DNA of 64,000 bases, taken from Schmidtea nova. Its lineage: Eukaryota. Where the stretch lies: the NCBI GenBank assembly GCA_044892505.1, contig CM097882.1, forward strand, positions 257,424,001 to 257,488,000, given 5' to 3'. Made by a program: the position numbers and the translations under genes. Below are positions 41,308-53,392 of this stretch, piece after piece. Position 1 is the first letter of the stretch. The number at the start of each line of letters is the position of its first letter. Below the pieces are notes generated by a model that saw only the letters and a program-made list of their open reading frames with translations, made no database searches and was not told the origin of the DNA.

Positions 41308-41566
41308 TGTATCAACATTTTATTGATTAATCTTTAAAATAACTTAAAAACATTTTAATATAACACATGCCTCTTTAAATAACTAAATGAAAATAATGGA
41401 TTTAAGTGAATCTTAATGAAAACACAATTTATTCTAAATTTATTTATCTAACTTTTATTATTGGGTCCCAAACACAAAATAATATAAATTAATGTCAAAA
41501 AAATCAAATAAAATTATTGTAAAATATTAATGTTTAAATCACAGATGCGATTCACTTTGAACATTT

Positions 41567-42772
41567 GGATCATGTACATTATACGACATCATATGCCGTA
41601 TAATGTACATGATATTTTTAATTTAAATTTTAAATTTAAACTTTTAATCAATTTAAATAATTTTTGATCAATTTAATTAAACATTTGATCAAGTTGGTTA
41701 GTTAGTTTATGGTATTTAAAAAATAATTAGTTGTTCCCTAATGCATTTCGAAAACGAACTTGAAGAAATTATACAATTGAATGATGAGCAAGTTGTTTCT
41801 AGACTAATGCATCTGGGATTTATTCATTCTCACATGGAATGTCCTTGGTGCAGTGTGGAAATGATTATGAAGCCTTGCAAAGGCAAGATTGATAAGTTTG
41901 AGTGGCGATGCATGCACTCAGGATGCATCAAGAAGCATGCAAGCCTCTCAATTAGGCATTCTAGCTGGATGGAGGAGTATAGACTTACCGCAAAGTCTAT
42001 ACTAAAAGTGCTATTATACTGGTCTAATGACATTAATCAAAATGTCATTTTAAGATTTGTGGACATTAGTAGAGGCACATTGTCAAAACTAAGAAAATTT
42101 TATATATCCAGGATTGAGGAATACTATAATATTCATCCAATATTATTAGGTGGCCCAGGATGTGTGATTAATGTTGACGAAACAATGATAAATCACAAGG
42201 TGAAGGCCCATAGAGAAAGAGCCCCTCACATTCAGACTTGGGTTTTATGTATCGTGGATACATCATTTGTTCCTTCTCGAGGTTTTTGTACTATCCTAGA
42301 GAATAGAACTGCCTCTCACATACTCCCTATTATTTCTAGAGTTGTTAGGCAAGGCTCCACTGTTTATACCGATGAATTTGCATCGTATAATCAATTAAAG
42401 AATATGAATGACTACATTCATCAAACAGTGTGCCACAAATATCATTTTGTGGATCCAATCTCCAGTGTTCATACTCAGAATGTTGAAAGCTTTAATAACA
42501 AGCTTAAGAGTAAGATCAAAACAATGAAAGGTCTTGACGATGCAGGGAGAAAACTATTTCTCAATGAATTCATGTTTTTTGATCAATTTAAAGATCAAAG
42601 TTATGATATGATTTTAAGTTTGTTAAAAATAAATCAAATTAAATTTTAATTTTTTTTAATTTATAATTTTTTTGATTATTTTTTTGATTATTATTTATTG
42701 ATTATTATTAATTTAAAAATAAGCCGTATAATGTACATGATCACTTTTTATGCCGTATAATGTAATTGATCC
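41567..42772 (+). mobile_element. Complete Merlin transposon (1206 bp) with 8-bp TSD GAACATTT
   Basis: GAACATTT|GGATCA...TGATCC|GAACATTT; the GATCATGTACATTATACGGCA motif occurs twice at each end. Confidence 0.97.
41741..42649 (+). CDS. Merlin/ISXO2-like DDE transposase, intact, 302 aa
   Basis: CPWC...WRCMHSGC zinc ribbon; INVDETM, YTDEFASY and HTQNVESFN catalytic motifs. Confidence 0.95.
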   Translation: MHFENELEEIIQLNDEQVVSRLMHLGFIHSHMECPWCSVEMIMKPCKGKIDKFEWRCMHSGCIKKHASLSIRHSSWMEEYRLTAKSILKVLLYWSNDINQNVILRFVDISRGTLSKLRKFYISRIEEYYNIHPILLGGPGCVINVDETMINHKVKAHRERAPHIQTWVLCIVDTSFVPSRGFCTILENRTASHILPIISRVVRQGSTVYTDEFASYNQLKNMNDYIHQTVCHKYHFVDPISSVHTQNVESFNNKLKSKIKTMKGLDDAGRKLFLNEFMFFDQFKDQSYDMILSLLKINQIKF

Positions 42773-43649
42773 GAACATTTGGGTATTTGGCCAATTGGAC
42801 AATCTGGTTGAATTGACATCTATTCAAATGGGTATTTTGATGATTATTCATTGACGCAAACATTTATTCTATATTTATTCTGTCCTATTTTATAATAATT
42901 ATTTAAACAGAATATATCTATTTTTTGACCATCCAACATCATACATCATAAAATCAATAGGATTTTCGTTAAGTAAATTGAATAGATTTTATTCGAATAT
43001 CAAATAAATTGTATAATTTTCGATTTCATCCGTAATTGTCCTAAAATAAACTAATTTGTTCCTGAATGTTTGGCCCACCGACTTTTGAATAAAGACAAAT
43101 TGCTTTGAGATGCAAATACTCTCATGACCCGACTGGATTACGAATTACACGATAATTTTTACGGGTGAGCGATTTACTTTAAGCTACATGTCAGCGAATT
43201 TCCTGATTTATGTGATGTTTAAAAGTTGTAGGTCAATGTAAATACATATAATTACTATATTATAATAAAGATTAATTTAATTTGAACAAATATAGAATAC
43301 TGCAAAAGCTTTGTTCATCGTGTTTAGACGTGTCCCTTTTATTATAAAAAAATTATTTCTCTAGATATTCAGATTTTTATAACAATTTTAGTTTTGTAAA
43401 AATTGCAATTATATCAGATCGTGATAGCGAATAATTTTTCAATGAATTATATGCGGATGACTTATCTGATTGTCCGAGTGATTTGAAAATAAATTGTAGT
43501 GATTTTATAAGTGATAGTTTATCGGAAGCCTTCAATGGTTGGAAAAAATGTTGGAGTTGTTAATTTAATTCTCCTACACATAAAAGACGCTGGAAAATGT
43601 TCAACTGATTTTGAAATGTTCATTTGCCACTGCTTTCTGCACCTTGAAA

Positions 43650-44561
43650 ATCTATATGCACAAGTATTGAATGTCGCATGTAATGTCGGTCGTTGTTACA
43701 GTAGTTAATTCAATTAAAAATAATTCATTAATGCATCGCCAGTTTCAAGAATATCTTCGTGAACTGGAATCCGAATACAGCGATCTACTTTTTTACGCTA
43801 AAATTCGACCGCTGTGTCGTGGAAATTGTTTATTAAGATTTTGGAAATTAAGGGATGAGATTCGAATTTTTATGAAAGAAAGTAGCAATGATATATTTGA
43901 ATTTTATGATGATCAATGGCTTCTAGATTTGTTTTTTAACAGATATAACAATAAAATTAAATGAATTAAATCAGAAGCTACAAAGTGAAAATAAATTGAT
44001 TACAGAATGTTATCAAAATATAAAAGCTTTCATATCAAAACTCAAGCTTTATGAATATCAACTACGGTCAAATGATGCCACTCATTTCCAATTATTAAAT
44101 GACTTTAATAGTGAGAGTAAATTTTTTTCAAAATATGCAAATGAAATCTCAAATTTAATTAAAGCATTTAGCGACAGATTCTCATACATGAAAAAGTATG
44201 AGGAAATGTTTACAATATTTTAGCTATATTTAACGTAGAAGTGGAATCCGCACCTGCAAAATTACAAATGGAGTTAATAGACCTATAATCAAGCATCGAG
44301 GTAAAATGCATGTTTGAAGGAAATAAACGTGAATTTTATAAAAAATATATCCTCGAGGATAAATTTCCGAAATTGAAAAAGCTGGCAATGTACATAACAG
44401 CTGCATTTGGGACCACATATTGCTGCGAGTCGTTCTTTTCAAAATTGAAAATAGCGAAAGCGAAGTGTCGTAACAGATTGGCTGATGAAAACTTGACAAA
44501 TCAACTGCGATGTGCATCGAATAAATTACAAGTCGATATAAAAAAATATCAAATGGTATAA
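43650..44561 (+). pseudogene. hAT transposase (SPIN/GTF2IRD2-like) C-terminal half, disrupted
   Basis: VMSVVVTVVNSIK...HRQFQEYL...RPLCRGNCLLRF and hATC dimerisation region FPKLKKLA...FGTTYCCESFFS; several frameshifts. Confidence 0.9.
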
Positions 44562-45039
44562 GAAACAAGTGTCACATTAATTATTAAATAAATGAAATAT
44601 TTTGATAAGTTGTTTGTCTTTTTTTAAATAAAAAAAATGTTTTGGTAATAATTTATTAACTAGGTAATTGTAAGGCGCCTAAGGCGCCCGTGGACAAATC
44701 ATAAAATAAATGAACAATTTGATGTACGATATTTTTATTAAAAATTCAATTTCTTTTATTCTTAAGCAATTGAAAATTATTTCTGTTATATATATATATG
44801 GAATGGCAAAAAAATTGTTTTTATTGAAGAACGTCTAGAAAAACTACATTCCGTGTGAATTGTCTTTGATCATTCAATAAATTTCCTTGCTGTGGATTCG
44901 ATTCAATAAGCACCTTCACTTGACTTGCAACTCTTGATTAATTTTTAATTTTTATTTTGTAAAATAAACTTAGAAAGCGCTGTTTAAAACTTGTTAATCG
45001 TGTAAAAAATCTATGTTAGTATTAGTAGTTCAAAAAATT

Positions 45040-45333
45040 ATGATAGTGTTAGACTCAAGCAAATTTCTTTTTGAAGTAGCTAGGGAATGGATAACTGTAG
45101 ATTCAAATGAATGCAGCTTTGTACCTGGCACTTCTTCGCGTACTTCTTAAAAGGCTCCGTACAATGATCCACCTTTCAGGCTGTCAGGATATCTAAAAGA
45201 CCACGTTTTAGAAAAATTAGTCACCGGTGTAAAAATTAATCCAACTTCAAAAGGAAAGCGAAGTGAAACAAAATATATTTGCAAAACTTGATGTGTACCA
45301 TTACACATAGGTGGTTGCTATACGGCATATAAT
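45040..45333 (+). pseudogene. piggyBac transposase C-terminal remnant
   Basis: FLFEVAREWI...PPFRLSG...HVLEK...RSETKYICKT*CVPLHIGGCYTAY; interrupted by the TG-starting unit at 45334. Confidence 0.75.
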
Positions 45334-46484
45334 TGTTGGGCCCACCAAATAGGCTAAAACAACTAAATTAATATAAAAATTTAAATAATAATAGAGTAAT
45401 AAATACAAAAAATATCACAAAAGGTAAATTAAAAACAGGAATAAAATAGTAAATAATAATTAATAAATTTCCAGCAAAAGAAAATTTTAAAAATAAAACG
45501 GAAACAAGCAGTAAGGGGGGCCTGAAATAAGAATATTAAGAATTAAATAAAGTAATAGTGCAAGTAATTAATTAATTACTTGAAAAACCAGGACCACCCA
45601 GCGAGAAACCGGAAAAGGAAGTAAAATAATATTTAGATTTAAATAAAATAGAAAAAACACTTTGATGGACGGTCTGATCCTGATTGGTCAATCTGACCAG
45701 CCAGATCAGTATAAATACCGATCCAAAAATCACAACTTTTAACTTTTTTACCTTTAACTTGAGAGAACGTTTTACTTTTAACTTTTGAAAATTTGTTGAA
45801 GAAACTACCAATCCGGAAAACTAAGGAGTAATTTTTATTTATTTTATTTTATTTTGTCATGTACCATGATTTTTTCATTAAAACTTATTTAAATGCTGAA
45901 TTTTTATTTTGTTTTTACTTTTTATCCATGCATATAGTTATGCTTCCTCGACTGCTCACGCGGCGAGGGAGCCCGAGTCGTCGTTGTGGGGCTTCACGGT
46001 CTCACATGGCGGTTCAACCTTTTTTTAATTTTAGTCTGATAAAATTTTTCGATAACTCTGATAAAATAACTTTCGATAAAATTCTGATAACTCGATTTAT
46101 TCCAGTCGATTAACTGGCGATAATTAAAATCTTTATTGTTTGGTTGCACAGAGGATGAATTACACGGTTGCAATAGTAAGAAATTAGAGGGTTATTTGAC
46201 GATGAGGGACATCCAAGGGGTATGGCGTACTCATCACCAGAGAATTTAGTAAAATAAGTTGGAATTGAGCTCTCAGAGTCGAGAGAGGTGAATAAAAAGC
46301 AGAAAATTTTCGAATAAGTCAACATAAATTGTCGATCCAACCGGGGTTAAAGTTCGATTTCAATCGGTATAATCAAAATTTAGAAATCGACAACGAATCT
46401 CAACATACATACACGTACGTCTATTAAATTCCGATCGCGGCAGACTGCGACGGGAATCCAAACTAGATCTAGAATCCTAAATAT

Positions 46485-46650
46485 AAACCGATCGCTGTAA
46501 ATAGCGCGGAATTTCCTAATTATGAATTTATAAACCGATCGCTGTAGATAGCGCGGAGATCTTAGAACCGATTTTTATTCTTCCTGACCGCTGTACATAG
46601 CGCAGGACTAATTGTGATTACATTATTTCGGCCGCGGTACATCACGGCGA
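46485..46650 (+). ncRNA. Array of four hairpins with G-U-closed UANA loops (putative cis-acting RNA element)
   Basis: CGCTG-TAAA-TAGCG (46493), CGCTG-TAGA-TAGCG (46540), CGCTG-TACA-TAGCG (46589) and the variant GCCGCGG-TACA-TCACGGC (46631). Confidence 0.6.
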
Positions 46651-46732
46651 AGACGAGTCGATGGATAAAAATTTAGAAACCTATTAATGTTTGCTTTATA
46701 TATAAATTGAACATGATAAATGGATAATACAG

Positions 46733-47215
46733 ATGACGACAGCAGAGATCAATTATCGACTAACCAAAATCCGCATCTCGGAAGAGAAAATCGGGAAGGA
46801 AAGAGCGACAAATGGATTCAAGGAGCTGCCACCGCGGATTTTGCGTACCATCAATGCGCAAGTTTACAAATGGCGTCGAGGGTTTAATCGGAGATGCCCA
46901 TTCTCCATCTGGGCGGATGGAAGGGACCGAATATTCTACCGGGGAGGCCCGGATTGGCCAGTCTCGGAAAAACCCTACTCCGAGAAATTTGGACAAATGG
47001 TCATCTTGATCAATGATGTCGACGGACGGCCAAACCAGCTCATCTACTGGGGGCACATCCCCCGGAAGGAATTGTCCAAATTAGGGCTGCGAGCATTCAT
47101 ACCAAAAAAGTCGTTCGGAAGAGAATGCGACGATGGACGATCCCCATTTTCATGGGCCAGACTTCGCAGAACCCCCATAAATCACGAACTACATATTTTA
47201 TTTCCACAACAATAA
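46733..47215 (+). CDS. Hypothetical 160-aa basic, Trp/Arg-rich protein
   Basis: Intact ORF, GC well above background, TACAG immediately before the ATG, AATAAA at 47234. Confidence 0.6.
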   Translation: MTTAEINYRLTKIRISEEKIGKERATNGFKELPPRILRTINAQVYKWRRGFNRRCPFSIWADGRDRIFYRGGPDWPVSEKPYSEKFGQMVILINDVDGRPNQLIYWGHIPRKELSKLGLRAFIPKKSFGRECDDGRSPFSWARLRRTPINHELHILFPQQ

Positions 47216-47384
47216 TCAATATGATTTAATAATAATAAATAATTCAGTAATGCTCATGGTGTTGATTTTTTTTTCTTTTTGTTTGGTTTTGTCTTAATAT
47301 CATAATGCGGAGAATATTGATAAATATGAATAATGCATGACCTGAGGACGATACATCAAATTTTAATCTAGCTAAATTATAGAA

Positions 47385-47642
47385 ATGGACCTAGCAGCCG
47401 CTCAGAAGGAAATCGAAAAGATGTGGCGAATCCGGAGGGCCCAAGATAAGGAATTGGGTCTCCTCAAAGAAAATCTAACCAAAGCGGAAGCGCAAATCGC
47501 CTATTTGAGTAAAAGTTGGTTCGTTCCTGCTCGAATGAAAGAGCAGATTGGAAAAACAGAGCGAGCCCAATGGACAGCGGATGATTACAGGATGGAGTGG
47601 GAAGCTACCAAAATCGAGTTCGTAAATGCCTTCACTCCGTGA
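47385..47642 (+). CDS. Hypothetical 85-aa coiled-coil protein
   Basis: Heptad-like DLAAAQKEIEKMWRIRRAQDKELGLLKENLTKAEAQIAYL; TATAG two nt before the ATG. Confidence 0.55.
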   Translation: MDLAAAQKEIEKMWRIRRAQDKELGLLKENLTKAEAQIAYLSKSWFVPARMKEQIGKTERAQWTADDYRMEWEATKIEFVNAFTP

Positions 47643-47719
47643 CGGCTTCCTACATTGAACGGGAGTTAAAGGAGCAAATATGACCAATAACATACCAGGA
47701 ATGGACGGCGGAGAAAAAA

Positions 47720-47980
47720 TTGGGAACCTCGATAGGTACGGACATCGAAGGCCTTATCGAAACCCGCGCCGAACCAAATTCGCCAATCAACACTACCACT
47801 CCAATCGTCAATACGCATCAAAAGCGTAAGCGAATCGGACAGGAAAGGCGTCGACAACGAAAACCCTTCGCCCAAAAGCTGCAAAATCAAATAGAAGCTC
47901 TACATAAATTAACCGAGGAGGAATTATTAAATGAAGTATTCCCCCCAGAAGGAATTTTTAGTAGCTTAATAGAAAAATAA
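47720..47980 (+). CDS. Hypothetical ORF with a basic NLS-like stretch (start uncertain)
   Basis: HQKRKRIGQERRRQRKP; the stop overlaps AATAAA; no in-frame ATG. Confidence 0.4.
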   Translation: MGTSIGTDIEGLIETRAEPNSPINTTTPIVNTHQKRKRIGQERRRQRKPFAQKLQNQIEALHKLTEEELLNEVFPPEGIFSSLIEK

Positions 47981-49455
47981 ATGAAATTTTGAATTGTAGT
48001 TTTTGTTATTTCTTAAATTATTTGAATAATAAAATTAAAGTAAATAAATAATTATAAGGGCACCAAATTAGAAAACTTCATGCAAATTTTATTATAATAA
48101 AGATCAATTCTCCAGAGTTTATGTGAATTACATAGTATACCATTAAAGCGTAAGTCCTTCTAACGGCAGCAATGAACCCGTAAACATAAATGGGGAGTAG
48201 TACTAGCAATGGTGCTCACCTGCCCATCATTGTTTAACCACCCTGCGCATCACCAACTTGATTATCCAGGGAAATAATCAAGGGCGCTTGAGTGTATAGT
48301 TGCACATTTTATGCATGATCATGGATGAGGGATCCCTAGTCATTGTTAGAACAATTTTCATCTAACCCCTCCATGAACCCAGCATAATACTAAAAATATA
48401 TTAAAAGTTATATAAAAGATTTGTACAAAATTTTATTTCAATTCATTATGTACATTATTCATTATCGAAGGTTATTTATATTGTTTCAGTTCCACATTGA
48501 ATTACGAAAAAATAGCGGATGGCATGAGATAGCTTCAGCGTAAAATTGCCGGTCAACAATGTGTTAAGTTTACTTCTTGGGCGTTTTCTACGTGCTGTAT
48601 TACCACTTTATTTAAATAAATTNNNNNNNNNNNNNNNNNNNNNNNNNNNNNNNNNNNNNNNNNNNNNNNNNNNNNNNNNNNNNNNNNNNNNNNNNNNNNN
48701 NNNNNNNNNNNNNNNNNNNNNNNNNNNNNNNNNNNNNNNNNNNNNNNNNNNNNNNNNNNNNNNNNNNNNNNNNNNNNNNNNNNNNNNNNNNNNNNNNNNN
48801 NNNNNNNNNNNNNNNNNNNNNNNNNNNNNNNNNNNNNNNNNNNNNNNNNNNNNNNNNNNNNNNNNNNNNNNNNNNNNNNNNNNNNNNNNNNNNNNNNNNN
48901 NNNNNNNNNNNNNNNNNNNNNNNNNNNNNNNNNNNNNNNNNNNNNNNNNNNNNNTACCAGCAAACTTTGGCTATTTATTCCCTCTTAATTATTTTGTGAT
49001 GCTCCCGCGTCTGTGTGCGTGGAGCGGGTTTTTATCACAGCGTGTTATTGTATTGTCTTATCAGCGTCTGTGTGCGCTGCGAGTAATTCATTAGCATCTG
49101 TATATATATTATGTTTTGTATTTTTCTGACAGCGTCTGTGTGCGCATGAGGTTTAATTGGTAATTTTGGATTTATGTAGAATAATTTGTTAATTTGATTT
49201 AATTGATTTTTTAGAATAGTGAATTTGGAGTAATTGTTGAATTTTTAGATTCGTTTGTTTGAATACTCCAATTGAGTATTTTTTTTAGATTTAGAATTTT
49301 TTTGAATATGGTTTCGATTATGGAATTTAGAGGAAGCTTTGAATTTGATTTGAATTTAGTCTCATAATTTGGAATTTATTATTACTGGATTCTTGTTTTT
49401 CTTCGATTTTGATTTGGATTGAAATTAAAACGTTAATTTCAAAGTGTGAAATAGC

Positions 49456-49506
<51 letters not shown>

Positions 49507-51199
49507 TATAAATACAACAATACTCACATCATTATGACTATTCTTATGGCTATTTGATACTTTCAATTTAGCTGTCTAAGAAATTTACATCCGGCTATTA
49601 AAAGTATCCAATAATTTATTTTGTTTTCAATATATATTTCTTGATTATCGTTCTGGGTACTAATGGCGACCATTCAATGCAAAATTAAGCCCGACAAATT
49701 TAATTTATTTTGTAAATAAATATTTAATAATTAATTAATTTTTATTTCAATAGTTTATGATCCACATCTGTATCGCCCTATAGTTTCTAATTTTTCATAT
49801 CTTAATCCATTAAATATTATTTCATCTTTTCCCATTGATTCTAACATATCGGTGCTAGTTGTCGTTATTTGTGGATAATGGTTTGGGTTCTACTTTCAAT
49901 TCCACTCTCTCTTATACACATTGAATAGTTTACTCCTCTATTGCAAATTTAAGTCGGAATTGGCTTCAGGAGTATGGTAATAACTAAATATTATCGTACT
50001 CTAGCTCTCTGGGCATGACGCTTCTCTATGTTGGACTGAATCCCTCTCCTCCCTTGATTCCTCCAGAAATTTGATTATTAAAGCAGAACAAATTATAATA
50101 CAAGAATAAAATTTTATTTTATTTTTCTAGATAATAATTTTGCTATTACAATCGTTAGATCCTGGCCAGGATGACTGAGCAGGATATTGAGAAACGGAAG
50201 AATGTCGCGTTTCATAGTGATAACGATCTGTTGAACGCCTCGAATTCAGGTGTGTCGAGCTTGCCAGGATTTCTTGGGTAAAGAAGTCAATATGACAAAA
50301 TCAGATAGATTTGAATAAAAATGTTTGGCATAGACTGAAACAATCTTCAGGTAGATTACCGTTAGAGAAACACGAAAGAATTAATACTATTATCGGATTC
50401 CATGATTCTCTTTGATTTTTTTGTATTCAAATTACGAAAATAACGAAGACATTCATTCATAGTCGATATTAATTTGTTTTCTACGACTTCAGTGGTTAAA
50501 TCCGATGTCGCATTGACTCGGCTATCACCCGAGAGTTTGAATAAAATTCGGATAGCAAAAGATAAACTCTGAGTTTCCTGTTGCATCAAGTTAGGCTTTC
50601 CTTTGTCTTTAAAACCATCTTTTCATAATAAATTTCTGTTCTTGATCTGAATTGAACTGCTTAGCGAATTCATAAGATTTCAAAATTGCATTCGATTAAT
50701 TTGAACAACTGGCACGGAGTCAAATACATACATAGACCTTCCTGCGGAATTTCCAGTCCCCAATGGTTGGGATGTTCATCAATAGATTTGGCAGTAATAC
50801 TGAGTGCCGATTCCGATCGCAACGGCTGCATACGTGTATCGAGAGATGAAATATCAGTTTCAGGAACATTTTGTTGCGTTAGTTCAGAATTTCCACGAAA
50901 ATCATTTGTCTGCTTTCGTTCAATGTTATTATTTGAATTTTTAGAAAATAAAGTTTCTCTAGATTTTGGTATTTTGTTTTTTGGAAGCAGAGCGTGGTTT
51001 TCTTCAAGGGCCACACACAAAATCTAGAAATTATAGCCCAGATGAGGGGCTTCCAATATTTCTACAGCCTCACAACAATGAAGAGAACAGAGTGATGATG
51101 TTGAAACCAGAACGATTTAATGGGTCCGCATCTGGAATTTGGAAGCAGTTCATAATTAACTATGGTGATCTTTATTTTGATTTTGATTTTTATCTTTTA

Positions 51200-51412
51200 T
51201 GTGAATATATTTTAAATGTGAGATTGATCACCCTTCCTCCGAAACGCGTTTTGAAAGTGAAGATGTTAGGGTGTTTTAAGAAAGGGAGATCCCCCGTGCA
51301 GCAAAGGTTAATTTTTGCTGGCAAGCAATTAGAAGGATGCCAAAAATATCCGGATTATATGGTACAGGGTGGATCCGCTATTCATCTAGTATTAAGATTG
51401 TGTGGAAGGCAT
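51200..51412 (+). pseudogene. Ubiquitin/NEDD8-like sequence inside retroelement DNA
   Basis: [38 protein letters not shown]: [12 protein letters not shown] is identical to ubiquitin and GGS.(I/L)HLVL is NEDD8/RUB-like; terminal GG is lost. Confidence 0.85.
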
Positions 51413-51424
51413 CACGAATAAGAA

Positions 51425-53392
51425 ATAGTTCCTGTGAGCATCATCGGAGGTCACATTCACAATATGACTACAAGAATACTCACGATGACGTTAATAAGTT
51501 ATGATCAAAAGATGAGGAAACAGTTTACAGCGTCAGCCTTGAAGAGTGTAACCGAAGAAATTAGAGTAATAAATTGGGAAGAGGAAAATGGCAATGGGAA
51601 CATTTAAAGGATATACGGTTTCCAATGCTTGATGAATGACAGGTTGTGCATGTTCTTATAGGAGCCAATTATTTAGGGTTGCAAAGATTATTGAAAGAAG
51701 TGGATGGGAAGATAAATAACCCGATTGCAAGATTAACTCCGTTAGGCTGGACTCGTGTTGGTAATACACGTCTATTGGGGAAGCTGTGAAGTCACCAGAG
51801 TAATTTTACGAGAACCTTTTTTAGACAAGGAGATGGATTGGAAGAACAAATGCAAAGATTGTGGAAAGTTGATTAAATTGGATTTAAAGAGATGGAATTT
51901 TCAAAAAACGATCAAATAATATATGAGCAAACAATGAGAACTTTGACTAAAGTCAATGATCACTATAAAGTGAAAATAACCGTGAAATTTTCTTCAAGGT
52001 TATTACCAGAAAGTACTTTAATGGCAGAGAGACGACTCAAAAGTCTTCTATGAAAATTAGAAAAGGAAAAGATTGTGAAAGAATACGAAAGTATCATTGA
52101 GGATTATCTGATGAAAAACTATATCACAGTGGTAGAGAAGGGCAATAACAAGAAAAAGCTAGAACGGATTTTACCTCACTTTCCTGTAATCCGACGGGGA
52201 AAAGAGACAATTAAAGTGCGTATTGTGTTTGATGCATCGCATGGAACTAGTGGAATGAAGTTGAGTGTGCATGTGTTTGATATCTTGGTACGGTTTCGAA
52301 AGTATTTTGTTGTTCTGGTCTGTTATAATGCAGAGATGTATCTTTAGGTAAACATTGCGTCCGAGGATAGACCTTATCATCGATTTTTGTGGTATAAGGA
52401 TGGGAGAATAGTTAAATATGAGTTTAACAGCTTATATTTGGTTTAAACGCTTCACCGTTTTTTAGCAAAATTAGTTGTTCAAGAGAACGCTAAAGAATTT
52501 GAAAATAAGTACTCACAAGCAGTGACAATTTACAAATCCACATATATGGACGACACAATGGATTTTGTGGATTTAGAAGACGCAGGAATTGAACTGATGA
52601 AGGAGCTATCGATAATATGGAGTGAAGCAGGAATGAAAGCAAGAAAATGGATGTCTAACTCCAAAAGAATTATGGACTTGATTCCCGAAGAGGATAGAGC
52701 AAAAGTTGGAATCAGTTATTGCCATTAAAACATTAGGATTGAAATGGTATGCAAAAAGTGACGAGCTTAGTTTTGATGTGAATTTGCCGATGGAGAAAAT
52801 ATTAAAGAAAAGGAAGGTTATAAGTATTGTAGCGAGAGTTTTTGAACCATTAGGATTAATTGGACTATGGGTATGGGTATTGGGAATTGATTGGGAAGAA
52901 ACGCTGCCTAAAGAATTACACGAAGTACGTAAATGGATTGACGATGCGAACAACCTTGTAAGCTTGCGAATTCAGAGATGTTTAAAAATGAATAAGGAGG
53001 GTAATTGGCAATTGCATGTGTTCTCAGACGCGTCGAACAACGCTTATGGATCAGTTATTTATTTAAGAGAAAAGGGAAATTTTCATCGAATAACATTAAT
53101 AGCGTCTAAGACTAAGGTCGCGCCGATACAAATTGTAAACATTTCAATAATGGAACTGATGGCGGTTTGCATCGGAGTCAAACTAGCGTTAAGAGTGTCG
53201 GCAGTCTTAGTTAAAGAGATGAAAGAAATATATTACTGGTCAGAGAGCCAAGATGTGATGTACTGGATCCGAAATTACGCGAGAAAGTTTAAGCTTTTTG
53301 TTGCTAATAGAATTTGTGTCATTCAAGAAGAAACAAACATAAGTAAATGGCAATATGTTCCAACAAAAAAAATCTGCAATAAAAAAACCTAA
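51425..53392 (+). pseudogene. BEL/Pao retrotransposon pol remnant (protease tail, RT, RNase H)
   Basis: PIARLTPLGW, LPHFPVIRRGKETIKVRIVFDAS, YMDD, WQLHVFSDASNNAYG, LIASKTKVAP and YWSESQDVMYWI; many stops and frameshifts. Confidence 0.93.

Larger units (their letters stand above)
45334..47980 (+). mobile_element. LTR-like unit (putative LTR 45334-46006), structured leader and three short orphan ORFs
   Basis: TGTTGGG start, A-rich U3, CTGATTGG (45680), TATAAAT (45710), ...CTCACA|TGGCGGTTCAACC PBS-like sequence; no gag or pol motif seen. Confidence 0.45.

Noticed and set aside
48546-49094. ORFs spanning the N gap
   Set aside because: Artefact of N translation (gap 48623-48954).
50150-51027. 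Overlapping ORFs on both strands before the Ubl/Pao region
   Set aside because: Fragmented and with no recognisable domain; probably decayed element sequence.
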